Shown: positions 44,293 to 53,074, numbered from the stretch's first letter. The stretch: 57,775 nucleotides of DNA from a virus (IMGVR_UViG_3300033996_000257:1-57775); one strand, 5' to 3'. The notes: generated by a model from the letters alone, not told the origin. A program made the numbers and translations.

Positions 44293-45516
44293 TCAACCCT
44301 GCGTTTTAATTACTTGCCATGTGTCAGTTTGACCGTCGTAGATGACTGTCCAACCAGCATTCTGGGCAGAATTGATGTCTTGCCAGCCGTTGGTCTGGGC
44401 TGTTCCAATCGTAGCCCAAGTCGTTGTCTGGGAAGCATTAATGTTGCCCCAATCTGCTGTTTGCGCATCGTTGATGATCTCCCAAAGCAGCCGTGCAATG
44501 ATCTGATCTGCGGCCACCGCACCTTCAGTAATGGTAGCAAAAAAGACCGCACTTGCAAAGACCGCATCTAACACCTGCGCCGTTTCGCTGACGGAGGCAT
44601 TAAAGGTGGAGGGGGCCACCAAAGTACTGTCGGAGCCAGCCGCAGCCTCAGAAACCGCAACACCAAACCCGGCGGCTGCGCTGGGTGTGTCCAGACCAGA
44701 AATAAGCTCGGCCACTGCGGCATTGAAATCTGCGTTTGAAGACGGTGTGTCCAGCCCTTGCGCCATCTCCGCAATAAACACCGCGTACACAAGACCTCCT
44801 AAAACCGTTTCAAAGGCTTGGGCAGTCTCGGTTATGGCCGCTGCAAAGTCAACCAAGGCAGACGCAACATCCCGCGCCGTTGCAGCTTCGGCTATGGCGG
44901 CGGCAAAATCCACCAACGCTGATGTGGCATCTGAGGCGGTTGCGGCTTCGGCTAGGGCTGCTGCAAAGTCAACCAAACTGGAAACCGTCTCCGAACCTGA
45001 ACTTTGTTCGGCAATTACTGCGTTGAAATTTGAAGCAGCTACGGCTACGCTATCGGCCCCAGTGGCGGTTTCCAAAATACTGCCTTGGAAGTCTGCGCTG
45101 GAAGCTACCGCATCCGCCCCGACAGCTTGCTCTTGGACATCTGCTATGAAGTCAACAAGTGCTGTTGTGTCATCCACGGCCACCGCAGTCTCAGTGATGT
45201 CCGCCAAGAAATCCGCGAGGGTTGATACCGCGTCTTCAGCAGTCGCACTTTCTTGTATATCGCAGGCGTAAATCGGTAGTGAAGATACAGTTTCACTACC
45301 CTGCGCAAACTCGTCAATTATTGTTGTAAATATGGACGGGGCAACTAGTACCGTTTCTGATGCCGTCGATGTTTCCGCAAGGGCAGACTGAAATATTGCA
45401 AGTACCGCTGCTAGATCAGCGGCTGTTGCCGATTCACTAATAGAACTATCAAGCACTTGCCCCCCTGCTGGCAATGCAGCATAGGGGGTTTCAGCAAATG
45501 CGGATGTTCCAAACAC
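44293..45516 (-). CDS. Acidic Ala-rich repeat structural protein
   Basis: MFG..AFAE.P start; 20-22-aa F....I.E.A...D repeats; Trp-repeat C-terminus. Confidence 0.75.
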   Translation of the reverse strand: MFGTSAFAETPYAALPAGGQVLDSSISESATAADLAAVLAIFQSALAETSTASETVLVAPSIFTTIIDEFAQGSETVSSLPIYACDIQESATAEDAVSTLADFLADITETAVAVDDTTALVDFIADVQEQAVGADAVASSADFQGSILETATGADSVAVAASNFNAVIAEQSSGSETVSSLVDFAAALAEAATASDATSALVDFAAAIAEAATARDVASALVDFAAAITETAQAFETVLGGLVYAVFIAEMAQGLDTPSSNADFNAAVAELISGLDTPSAAAGFGVAVSEAAAGSDSTLVAPSTFNASVSETAQVLDAVFASAVFFATITEGAVAADQIIARLLWEIINDAQTADWGNINASQTTTWATIGTAQTNGWQDINSAQNAGWTVIYDGQTDTWQVIKTQG

Positions 45517-45519
45517 TCA

Positions 45520-46095
45520 TCAAGCAGCGTCGAGGCTGAACGTGTAGGTCACATTCAAGGTGTCGCCAGACACAACGGTACGGTCGCCGGGAGACTGGAA
45601 GTCCGATTCAGAGAACAACACGCCGGACGTGCCGCTCGACACGGTACACAGGAATGCGCCAGCAATTACGCCACCTGCACCAGAAATGGCGAAAGAGGAA
45701 GGGGATGCTGAGTTGCTGATGACGGACGGGTCTGCGGTTGTAGCTGTACCAAATGTCACGGCCTTGCGTGAACCCGCGTAATCGGTGTACTCAGTCCATG
45801 CTTTGGAGGCCAGAGTATCAGCGGCGGCAAAGGTTGTACCTGAGCCGGGGCCAGTAATCAGGCCAAGAAAGAACGCAGCAGTGTAGGCAGAGCCTTTAAA
45901 AAACTCGGTGTTCATTTCTTGCAAGCCCTCGTTAACCACAAGGTTGTGCTCGGAAGTTTTCCACTTCAGGTTGCCGTCTTTGTCAAGGCACTCGACATGG
46001 AATACGCCGCCTGCACGAGCGCCAGAGTCAGCTCCAGTACGAGCGACAAGACCCGCGCTTACGGTGTCTGTTGAAGTTGCTTTTTCGTTAAACAT
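45520..46095 (-). CDS. Virion structural protein (tail/neck-associated)
   Basis: NLVVNEG, GAFL, GDTLNVTYTF. Confidence 0.7.
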   Translation of the reverse strand: MFNEKATSTDTVSAGLVARTGADSGARAGGVFHVECLDKDGNLKWKTSEHNLVVNEGLQEMNTEFFKGSAYTAAFFLGLITGPGSGTTFAAADTLASKAWTEYTDYAGSRKAVTFGTATTADPSVISNSASPSSFAISGAGGVIAGAFLCTVSSGTSGVLFSESDFQSPGDRTVVSGDTLNVTYTFSLDAA

Positions 46096-46104
46096 AGTCG
46101 CTCC

Positions 46105-46545
46105 TTATGCGATGCGGATGATTGCGGTTGTATCAGTGGCCGCAGGAAACTGCACCACAAATGTGTTGGCTGAAGTCTTGTCTGCGCCAAAGTCCAACAC
46201 GCAGACTGCGGGGTTGGTTGTGCCATTTGCCTTGTAGATCAGTGCGCCACGAGCTGTGAACGCACCAGTCCATGAGGCATTGGCAAAGGACAAGTATGCG
46301 GTTGTGTTAGGGGGATTGCCTGTAGTGGGGACTTGATTGATTACCAGAATCTCGCCACCTGCTGTATACCCAGAAGCCACAACTTCGCCCGTAGACGTAT
46401 AAGCTGCGGTAGCCGCATCAAGCGTGGCTGCATTGGTGTAGAGCGCAATTTTAAAAACGTCCGTTGTGCCTGTGCCGAAATCGTACAAGCCTTCCAGCAG
46501 GCCAGTGCGAAACACGTTGCAGGTGTAGTTGCCGGTAAAAGCCAT
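46105..46545 (-). CDS. Virion structural protein (tail-associated)
   Basis: FKIALYT, GYTAGG, ARGALIY, VLDFGADK. Confidence 0.75.
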   Translation of the reverse strand: MAFTGNYTCNVFRTGLLEGLYDFGTGTTDVFKIALYTNAATLDAATAAYTSTGEVVASGYTAGGEILVINQVPTTGNPPNTTAYLSFANASWTGAFTARGALIYKANGTTNPAVCVLDFGADKTSANTFVVQFPAATDTTAIIRIA

Positions 46546-47276
46546 CAACGCACCCCATTATTCTGAGGAAGCGGCGCTTCTCTGTACTGGCCACTTCGGT
46601 ACGCGTCGCTGCGCTCCAGACCATCGCCCAGACGTTTGGCCATTCCAAGTGCTTCCATGTATTTCTGGTTGTAGCCAGCAATAACATCTGGCTCACCCTT
46701 CATGAAGGTGTAAGCCTCAACCAAGGAGCCGTACAACAACACAGAGTCAAAGTTGTCGCCCAACCAAGTTTGGCCTGATGCCGCAGTGGTGATGGATTCT
46801 GGATAGTAGTAATAGTGCAACTCAACGTCGTAAGCGGCATCAGGAGTTGGGCCAAGAATAAAGCTCAACTCGTTTGTGATTACAGGGCTTGGGTCGTTGG
46901 TAGTCGTTGGGCCAAACAGCGCGTAGTACTTGGGGATGGCTGTATCGGTTGGCTGTGGGTAGGCTTGGCGGATGAAGTTGACATCCTTGTTCAGCAAATA
47001 CTCGTACGCGCCTGTAGCATCAATGACTGCCAACGAATACGAAGACAAAAAGTCTGCTGGACACGACAAGTATTTATTACCGCTGGAGGTTATCCCCGTC
47101 ACGTTTTTGCGCAACGAGGGGAACTGAACCGTGTTGAAAATGCGCTGCTCAGCCTGCTCAATGAAGGTATTCAACTGCGTCTGGGGAGACACAGTTGAAT
47201 TGTCATACAGGTACGTTGCCGGGAACGTGTTCTCGGTGTACGACTGAATAGCGGCAATCAACTCGGTGTAGGTCAT
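46545..47276 (-). CDS. Head-tail adaptor protein
   Basis: MTY.EL...I..Y.E, FI.QAEQRI, P.YY, GPTPD..Y, LLYGSL.EA. Confidence 0.75.
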   Translation of the reverse strand: MTYTELIAAIQSYTENTFPATYLYDNSTVSPQTQLNTFIEQAEQRIFNTVQFPSLRKNVTGITSSGNKYLSCPADFLSSYSLAVIDATGAYEYLLNKDVNFIRQAYPQPTDTAIPKYYALFGPTTTNDPSPVITNELSFILGPTPDAAYDVELHYYYYPESITTAASGQTWLGDNFDSVLLYGSLVEAYTFMKGEPDVIAGYNQKYMEALGMAKRLGDGLERSDAYRSGQYREAPLPQNNGVR

Positions 47277-47473
47277 GCCATTGGGCCCCTAGCCATTTTG
47301 CCTTTGGTCTGCGCTTTACCGCCGCGCACAACAATGCCGGAGGTTTTCATGGGCGGGTAGTCACCGCTGCGTACATTGGCCACAGAAACATTTGCTTCGC
47401 GCAGATATTCCTTATTTGGCTGGTTGTACACGTCAACGGTTGGGATTGTTTTGGGTTGGTTGTATTCAGCCAT
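47273..47473 (-). CDS. Small basic protein
   Basis: C-terminal KTSGIVVRGGKAQTKGKMARGPMA. Confidence 0.7.
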   Translation of the reverse strand: MAEYNQPKTIPTVDVYNQPNKEYLREANVSVANVRSGDYPPMKTSGIVVRGGKAQTKGKMARGPMA

Positions 47474-47474
47474 C

Positions 47475-47666
47475 TTAGCCTCCGCGACCAGAAGAACGCT
47501 GGTTCATGATCTTGGCCATGTTGCGACCATACTTCAGCATGTCGCTATTGGTCTTACCACCAGCCTTGAGCTTGGTGGGTTTTTTGCCGGGGTGCATGTT
47601 TTTTTCATGCTTGCCCACAGCAGATTTAATCATCTTTTTGTCTTGCGCTAAATCTTTCTTGTCCAT
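47475..47666 (-). CDS. Small basic protein
   Basis: LKAGGK motif; AAGGAG SD. Confidence 0.7.
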   Translation of the reverse strand: MDKKDLAQDKKMIKSAVGKHEKNMHPGKKPTKLKAGGKTNSDMLKYGRNMAKIMNQRSSGRGG

Positions 47667-47676
47667 GATCGACTCC

Positions 47677-48105
47677 TTATGTCGTTGCTACTGTAACTGT
47701 ACCAATTTCTACCGCAGAAACCAAGTCATTTGGGGTTAAACCTGCATCATTTGCCCGCGAGCCCCCAACTGGTGCCCAACCCCACTGAAATATCCGACTA
47801 CCGCCACCAACCACGCCTTGCGCATCAACACTTGGGCTGTTGGTCAGGACAACCTGCAAACCTGTGCGCCCAGAAACTTGGTAGCTCAGGTCGGGACGTG
47901 GGTCACGCACACCTTGGGGGTCATCCACCGGATACATGCCCAACTGCAATTGCGGCTGGTCAGGCTCCCAGCACTGGGGGCACACCTTCAGGTCATACGT
48001 CTTGGTCTTGACGACGAGCTTTTGCAAAACCGTCAGCTTGAACCGAAATCCACAGCGGTCGCACTCGGCAATCGAGTTTTTGCCAGAGGAAAACCTATTT
48101 CCCAT
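47677..48105 (-). CDS. Conserved Zn-ribbon structural-module protein
   Basis: CDRCG...VCPQCWEPDQPQL. Confidence 0.75.
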   Translation of the reverse strand: MGNRFSSGKNSIAECDRCGFRFKLTVLQKLVVKTKTYDLKVCPQCWEPDQPQLQLGMYPVDDPQGVRDPRPDLSYQVSGRTGLQVVLTNSPSVDAQGVVGGGSRIFQWGWAPVGGSRANDAGLTPNDLVSAVEIGTVTVATT

Positions 48106-49040
48106 CAGCCACCACCAATGAACATCTGTCTAGGCACGAGCCGCAGTGCGGCGCGTTCCTGATCTTCATCAGCCGCTGTCATCCAAGCCTCGTCGTACTG
48201 TTGTTTCAGCACTTGGAGCCTGTCCATGCCACCGGGCACTTTCAAAGCGATGTAGTAGGCCAGTCCAGCCACCATACAAGGGACAAACCGGAAGGGCACG
48301 TCCATGACGTTAACACCGCTGCCCGCATCCTGCACCCGGCGCATGCGCCAGTACACAAACTGGTACTGCTGGGAGCCGTCAGGCGTTGGCCACATGGTCA
48401 CGCGAGGGGTGTTATTGATGTAAATCTTGGCATTGACGCTGGCAGTATGAGAAGCGGCAGTCGTGCCGTTCTGGCCACGGAAGCAGTCCCCCAAAGTGTT
48501 GCCATCAATGTAGTTGTAGAAGATGGTTTCGTTGTCAAGGTTGATGTACCCGATGGCGGGCAAACCAACCACGTTGGACAGGACGATTGTGTTGTCCGTG
48601 GCGTTGATATTTGTGGCCAAAACCGCCGTGGTAGGAGTAATTTGGCCGTCCAAACGCTGATACCAGACCTGAATTGGTCTGGCTTGCGTGATTTTATTGG
48701 GGATGGTGGCGTAGGTCGAGACGCTGATGCGTGTGATTGTCAAATCCGACTGTGTTGCGGCCACATTTGCCTGTGTTCGGATGACGTGATCGAGCAAATC
48801 GACAGTATCTGTGGGGATTGCGTAGGTGTTCAAGCCTTGAGTTAGGGTAATCGTGCCCTGCTCGAACGTCCACATGTTGATACCGCGATTTGCCCAGTCA
48901 GCAAACAGCAAATTCAGCGACCGGCGAGCCGTTTTCAGGTCATATCCAGTGCGCAACTCTGAACCAGCTCGCTCAAACGCCTCCTCCACCAGTTCGGTGA
49001 GGTCTAAGGTAAAGCCTGTTTGTCCAGAGGTTGTTGCCAT
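48105..49040 (-). CDS. Head completion / tail tubular A-like protein (P22 gp4-like) with insertion
   Basis: EEAFER.G, ARRSLN, WANRG.N.W, WPTPD, GLAYY. Confidence 0.7.
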   Translation of the reverse strand: MATTSGQTGFTLDLTELVEEAFERAGSELRTGYDLKTARRSLNLLFADWANRGINMWTFEQGTITLTQGLNTYAIPTDTVDLLDHVIRTQANVAATQSDLTITRISVSTYATIPNKITQARPIQVWYQRLDGQITPTTAVLATNINATDNTIVLSNVVGLPAIGYINLDNETIFYNYIDGNTLGDCFRGQNGTTAASHTASVNAKIYINNTPRVTMWPTPDGSQQYQFVYWRMRRVQDAGSGVNVMDVPFRFVPCMVAGLAYYIALKVPGGMDRLQVLKQQYDEAWMTAADEDQERAALRLVPRQMFIGGG

Positions 49041-49043
49041 TTT

Positions 49044-50120
49044 TTACCGTCTATTTTGTTTTTTCGCCGCCAGCTTTTGAATGGCGCGGGCCACAGCCGG
49101 AGGAGTCTTGGGGGGCACAACAGAAGGCTTGGCCGCTGCTTTTGCCATTGGTGGTGCAACTGGTTTTGGTGCCACAGGGGCGGGTCGTGACACCGAAGGT
49201 TTTGCCATTGGTGTAGGACGTGCAGTTGGTACAGTCGTCATTGGAGGGGTGGGCTTGCCACCTAAAAGTGCTGCCAAACTTTCCAAGCCTGCTTGGGGAG
49301 CTTGTCCTAAACCCACTTGACCTTGCTGCATAGCTTGTTGCTGAGCCGCCTGTTGCATAGCTTGTTGCTGAGCCGCCTGTTGGGCCATCTGACCCATTTG
49401 TTGCCCATAAGGCTGTGCAAAACCGGGCATACCACCCTGTGTTTGACCGCCCTGTCCTCCGGGCATGCCAATCTCGGGTTGCGGAATGTTGGCCATATTA
49501 CCCAACTGGCCAAATCGGTTACCCAACTGGCCTAGTTGGTTGTTGTTGCCAGAGCCGCCGGGTTGCGGCATGGGATTTTGAGGTATCTGACCGTAAAGCT
49601 GATTTGGATCGGCAAGACCTTTGTATTTTCTGTAGGCAGCATCTTGTGCTCTGCCAACCGACCCGGAACCCATCTGTCCAAAGTACGGGGAGTTATACAT
49701 ATCTTGAGTGGCCATCATGTTTCGCGGGTCGTTTTGATATTCCTTGAACTCGGGCGATTGGAAAAACGCATCATCTGTGCCCACCATTTGGGCTGGGCCA
49801 CCTACTTGAGGTTGTCCACCGTATGAATCAATACCGGGCATATTAGGTGACGGTAGAGGTGTAAGTTGTCCACCCATATTGCCACCAAACCCACCGCCCA
49901 TGTTGGGTTGGTTTTGCATTGATCTCAAGTCGCCAAATGAGTGTTGACCCATGTTGCCACCAAACCCACCGCCCATGCTACCCATCGGGTTTTGAGGTTG
50001 TCCGCCCATGCCGCCCAAAGCTCCGCCAACGGCGTTGCCAATTTGCCCCATAGGGTTGGGAGGGGTTACCGCAGGGCTTTGTGCCCCGACGCCTCCAGTT
50101 GTTCCGCCGCCGCCTGCCAT
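49044..50120 (-). CDS. Low-complexity G/Q/P/M-rich protein
   Basis: 358 aa; GGAG SD; internal repeats; basic C-terminus. Confidence 0.7.
   Translation of the reverse strand: MAGGGGTTGGVGAQSPAVTPPNPMGQIGNAVGGALGGMGGQPQNPMGSMGGGFGGNMGQHSFGDLRSMQNQPNMGGGFGGNMGGQLTPLPSPNMPGIDSYGGQPQVGGPAQMVGTDDAFFQSPEFKEYQNDPRNMMATQDMYNSPYFGQMGSGSVGRAQDAAYRKYKGLADPNQLYGQIPQNPMPQPGGSGNNNQLGQLGNRFGQLGNMANIPQPEIGMPGGQGGQTQGGMPGFAQPYGQQMGQMAQQAAQQQAMQQAAQQQAMQQGQVGLGQAPQAGLESLAALLGGKPTPPMTTVPTARPTPMAKPSVSRPAPVAPKPVAPPMAKAAAKPSVVPPKTPPAVARAIQKLAAKKQNRR
49327..49380. repeat. 27-bp tandem duplication
   Basis: GCATAGCTTGTTGCTGAGCCGCCTGTT twice, encoding QQAAQQQAM twice. Confidence 0.85.
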
Positions 50121-50129
50121 AATGTTCTC

Positions 50130-50363
50130 CTATCTAAATTTTGCCGTTTTCTTGGCAATCACTTTGGGTTGTGCTACAAACTGCCTACCCGCCTTTTTAC
50201 CAGATCGCTTGGCCTTGGTTGTCGCAGCGTATTCGGCTGGCGACAAGGACTTGATAGCGGCTTCTGGCAGGTAACGCTCGCCCGTTTTAGATGAAGGCTT
50301 CCCTGACTTGGTGCGCCATTTCTGGTCGCCCCAGTTTTTAAGAGAAGCCTGCGGCGCTTTCAC
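50130..50363 (-). CDS. DUF5872-like protein, C-terminal half
   Basis: Q.SLK.W..QKWRTKSGKPS...ERYLP..A. Confidence 0.7.
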   Translation of the reverse strand: MKAPQASLKNWGDQKWRTKSGKPSSKTGERYLPEAAIKSLSPAEYAATTKAKRSGKKAGRQFVAQPKVIAKKTAKFR

Positions 50364-50686
50364 TTCATCATACCCCGCGTCTTACCGCGTTGCGCTATTC
50401 CGTCTGCACGAAATGAAGCTGACTTGACCGTGCCGCCTTTTTTCATGCCACGAGTTTCGCGTTGCAATTCGGAAGCATACTCTTTAGCTTTAGCGTCAGG
50501 CAGTGTAAGCCCCGGCCCAATAGTACGGCCTTTGCCGTTCTTTGTTCGGTAAATATAACTTTTCCCAGTTGGGACGCCAAAATCGTCGCTAGTTTGTCCT
50601 TGACTATCAGTCCCGCCAAGCGTTTCAGGCTCTGTAGTAAACCTAGCTGTACCGGTCTTTTTCTTTTCAGTCACGATATCCTCCAC
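50360..50686 (-). CDS. Small basic protein with GG and GKTRG tail
   Basis: MKKGGTVKSASFRADGIAQRGKTRGMMK. Confidence 0.7.
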   Translation of the reverse strand: MEDIVTEKKKTGTARFTTEPETLGGTDSQGQTSDDFGVPTGKSYIYRTKNGKGRTIGPGLTLPDAKAKEYASELQRETRGMKKGGTVKSASFRADGIAQRGKTRGMMK

Positions 50687-50942
50687 CTGCTGCCTTGTAC
50701 TTCTTGGCTACCAACTGAGCCTTACGGGCTGACCACTGGCCTGCACCGGTGCCGTGTGTTGCCGCTGCTTTCACTTGGCTGACTATACGTTTCCTGAGTT
50801 CCGGCTTGGTGTAGTTCCCCGCCGCGTTGACTTTCCCACCCTCTTTGTATTGGGTGAAATCGGTGTCATCGCGGCGCGGAGTCTTCACGCCTTTGGGCAT
50901 CTTTGAGGGGTTGATGTCCCCCATACCACGGCTGGACATCAT
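50667..50942 (-). CDS. Small basic protein containing the DUF5872-like N-terminal half
   Basis: YKEGGKV; YTKPELRKRI...GQWSARKAQLVAKKYKAAGGGY. Confidence 0.7.
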   Translation of the reverse strand: MMSSRGMGDINPSKMPKGVKTPRRDDTDFTQYKEGGKVNAAGNYTKPELRKRIVSQVKAAATHGTGAGQWSARKAQLVAKKYKAAGGGYRD

Positions 50943-50943
50943 G

Positions 50944-51306
50944 TCAGCAGTAGGCTTTGCCGCCAGACTTCATGGTGACCATCTTGCCTTTGGTTTTGCC
51001 TTTTACAGCAATACCATCTTTGCTTGGGGCAGCCGTTTTAACTTTGCCCATTGATGTCATGCCACCAGAAGCCATTTTCTTCATTGGCATTTCTTTCTTG
51101 CCTTTTGCCATGTCTTTTTTCTTGGCAATCATTTCCATGAAAGGGTTTGCTTTAGCCATATCACCACCTCTTTTAAAAGTTTTGCCTTTGTCGGCGTTTG
51201 AAAAATCCTTGCCCACAGACTGTGGGACTCCCACCTTCTTGGCAAACGATGGGTTGTTGGCCACCGCTTCCATGAAATTGTGCTGCTTCTTACTCGTGCT
51301 TGGCAT
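50944..51306 (-). CDS. Small K/M-rich basic protein
   Basis: MPSTSKKQHNFMEAVA; three xxxGG motifs; KDGIAVKGKTKG. Confidence 0.75.
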   Translation of the reverse strand: MPSTSKKQHNFMEAVANNPSFAKKVGVPQSVGKDFSNADKGKTFKRGGDMAKANPFMEMIAKKKDMAKGKKEMPMKKMASGGMTSMGKVKTAAPSKDGIAVKGKTKGKMVTMKSGGKAYC

Positions 51307-51478
51307 ACTTAGCCACCAAGTTTTTAACAGTTTCAGTTTCCCAGATGCGGATAGTCATCCACACAATGGTCAATACTCCACCAATGAGTGCTACAACAGG
51401 GGTCATCCAGCCCATGAAACCGCCAAGTCCAACAACCACAGCAGCGCCATCAGTCATTGTTTTTATGTCGTTGTTCAT
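51290..51478 (-). CDS. Small membrane protein, holin-like
   Basis: 62 aa, largely hydrophobic; IVW..IRIWE. Confidence 0.6.
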   Translation of the reverse strand: MNNDIKTMTDGAAVVVGLGGFMGWMTPVVALIGGVLTIVWMTIRIWETETVKNLVAKYAKHE

Positions 51479-51801
51479 ACCATCCGTCCTTTGGTTTTGC
51501 CTTTGACGGCACAGCCGTCAGCACGTTTGGAGGCACTAGAGACTTTTCCACCTTTGGCGTAGTCATCGCTCGTGCGCGGGGATCTGTCACTAGAATCAGA
51601 ACTTCTACCTCTGGGGGAGCCAAAACTCATTTCACCAGAAAACTCTGATTCTCGGTCAGCTTTTTCTTTGTAGTCTTTTGAAGAGCGGCTACCGGTAGGA
51701 CGAGGATTTAATGTCGAAGACGGGATGCTACGAAAGCCTCCGCCCCCACCGCCACCTTCAAGCATCTGGTCATCAGTAGGTTTTTTACCAATTTTTTTCA
51801 T
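51475..51801 (-). CDS. Small basic disordered protein with GG and GKTKG tail
   Basis: YAKGGKVSSASKRADGCAVKGKTKGRMV; GAGGT SD. Confidence 0.7.
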   Translation of the reverse strand: MKKIGKKPTDDQMLEGGGGGGGFRSIPSSTLNPRPTGSRSSKDYKEKADRESEFSGEMSFGSPRGRSSDSSDRSPRTSDDYAKGGKVSSASKRADGCAVKGKTKGRMV

Positions 51802-51808
51802 GTTTACC

Positions 51809-52063
51809 TCAACACTTCCAAGCCCGCAGGCTCTTGTTAATCCTCGAATTTGGATCCTTGGCGGTTTTTTCGCTCGTTAATTTCTTCTTCATCCCTTCCA
51901 TACGGGCGCAGAAGGAGTCGCGGCGTTTGCCGCCCTCTGGTTGAGGAGCTTTCAGCCCGGGCTTCCCGGGGTTCGCCTTGTTGTAGGAAGCCCGACCTTT
52001 GGCGTTCAAGCCTCCGCTCTCGGACTTCCCTTCCTTGCGCGTCCATGCTGGGGATTTAGCCAT
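51809..52063 (-). CDS. Conserved small basic phage protein (DUF6321-like)
   Basis: GGLNAKGR, RR.SFCARM, SRINKSLR.W.C. Confidence 0.75.
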   Translation of the reverse strand: MAKSPAWTRKEGKSESGGLNAKGRASYNKANPGKPGLKAPQPEGGKRRDSFCARMEGMKKKLTSEKTAKDPNSRINKSLRAWKC

Positions 52064-52337
52064 AGAAAATAGTCGCTTTTGCGGTTGCGGGCAATGTCAC
52101 ATGGATATCTGTTGTGAACAAAATACCTTCGCCGGGGATTGGCAACCCGATTGGTTGTGTACCAGTTCCAATATTAAACTGCAACCGGATAGTACCCGAA
52201 GCACCGCCGTCACGGAAAATAATATCTCCAGCTGTACCGCCAGAAATACACTGGTATCCTTTAAGGCGGTTGCGCCCAGACACCATTGTGCCTGTGGCTT
52301 CTGTATGCGCCGCCTTAACGTCATATTGCATCGTCAT
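52056..52337 (-). CDS. Small beta-rich virion protein
   Basis: IPGEGILF...IHV...TIFYG. Confidence 0.75.
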   Translation of the reverse strand: MTMQYDVKAAHTEATGTMVSGRNRLKGYQCISGGTAGDIIFRDGGASGTIRLQFNIGTGTQPIGLPIPGEGILFTTDIHVTLPATAKATIFYG

Positions 52338-52491
52338 TTTGTTGCTCCGGTTCTGGCGCTTCTAGCCTGTTTATGAGCATCTGGTACGCCTCAATTGTGC
52401 CCTGAGCTTTGAGGAGGAAGGCTTCCGCCCTCCCTGCCTCTTTTCTCAAATCAGCAATTTCTGCTTCCAGAAATTCCTTGGTAATCTGCAT
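52321..52491 (-). CDS. 56-aa coiled-coil protein
   Basis: MQITKEFLEAEI..., TAATG-coupled to the upstream gene. Confidence 0.65.
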   Translation of the reverse strand: MQITKEFLEAEIADLRKEAGRAEAFLLKAQGTIEAYQMLINRLEAPEPEQQNDDAI

Positions 52492-53069
52492 TATGAGTTG
52501 GTCGTAGTCAACATGATGTAGTACGCAGTACCTGCGCTGTCCACAATCTTCAACGAGTTTGTAGCTGCGCCTTGGGTGTTGGCCGTGACCATGCCTGATG
52601 GCACATTGAACAAGTTTGCAACAGTGCCTGTACCGCTGTTTGTAAAGCGGATGAACGAAGCATTTGTCCAAGTACCGCCAGAAGCAAAGTCAGAATCAGC
52701 TTGGATAGCTGCAATTGTGCCGCCGGGGTTTGTGGATGTACCACCCAAAGTAGCGCGAAGAGCGTTACCCGCACCAGAAATAGTGCCGGAACCGTTGATG
52801 CTCAAGCTAACGTGTGCACCGTTGACAGTACCGCCAGTAGCTGCATCAGCGCCTGTGACTCGTGTCAATGCGCGAATGGTTTCGCCAGAACCGGTGGAAG
52901 TAAATTCCAAGCGGTTGTACGACAGGCGTGTATCGCCAGTGGTAGCTGAAGTGGTGGCGTATGACTCGGAGATATTGCCCGCAGTAGTCTCAACGACGGG
53001 GCTGGAAGCTGTTCCGGAGATAAAGCCATTTTGTGATATGACTGGGCCGGAGAACGTGGTATTTGCCAT
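52491..53069 (-). CDS. Head-associated fibre or decoration protein
   Basis: MANTTFSGPV..NGF N-terminus, T/G/S-rich, directly after the capsid gene. Confidence 0.7.
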   Translation of the reverse strand: MANTTFSGPVISQNGFISGTASSPVVETTAGNISESYATTSATTGDTRLSYNRLEFTSTGSGETIRALTRVTGADAATGGTVNGAHVSLSINGSGTISGAGNALRATLGGTSTNPGGTIAAIQADSDFASGGTWTNASFIRFTNSGTGTVANLFNVPSGMVTANTQGAATNSLKIVDSAGTAYYIMLTTTNS

Positions 53070-53074
53070 GATTT

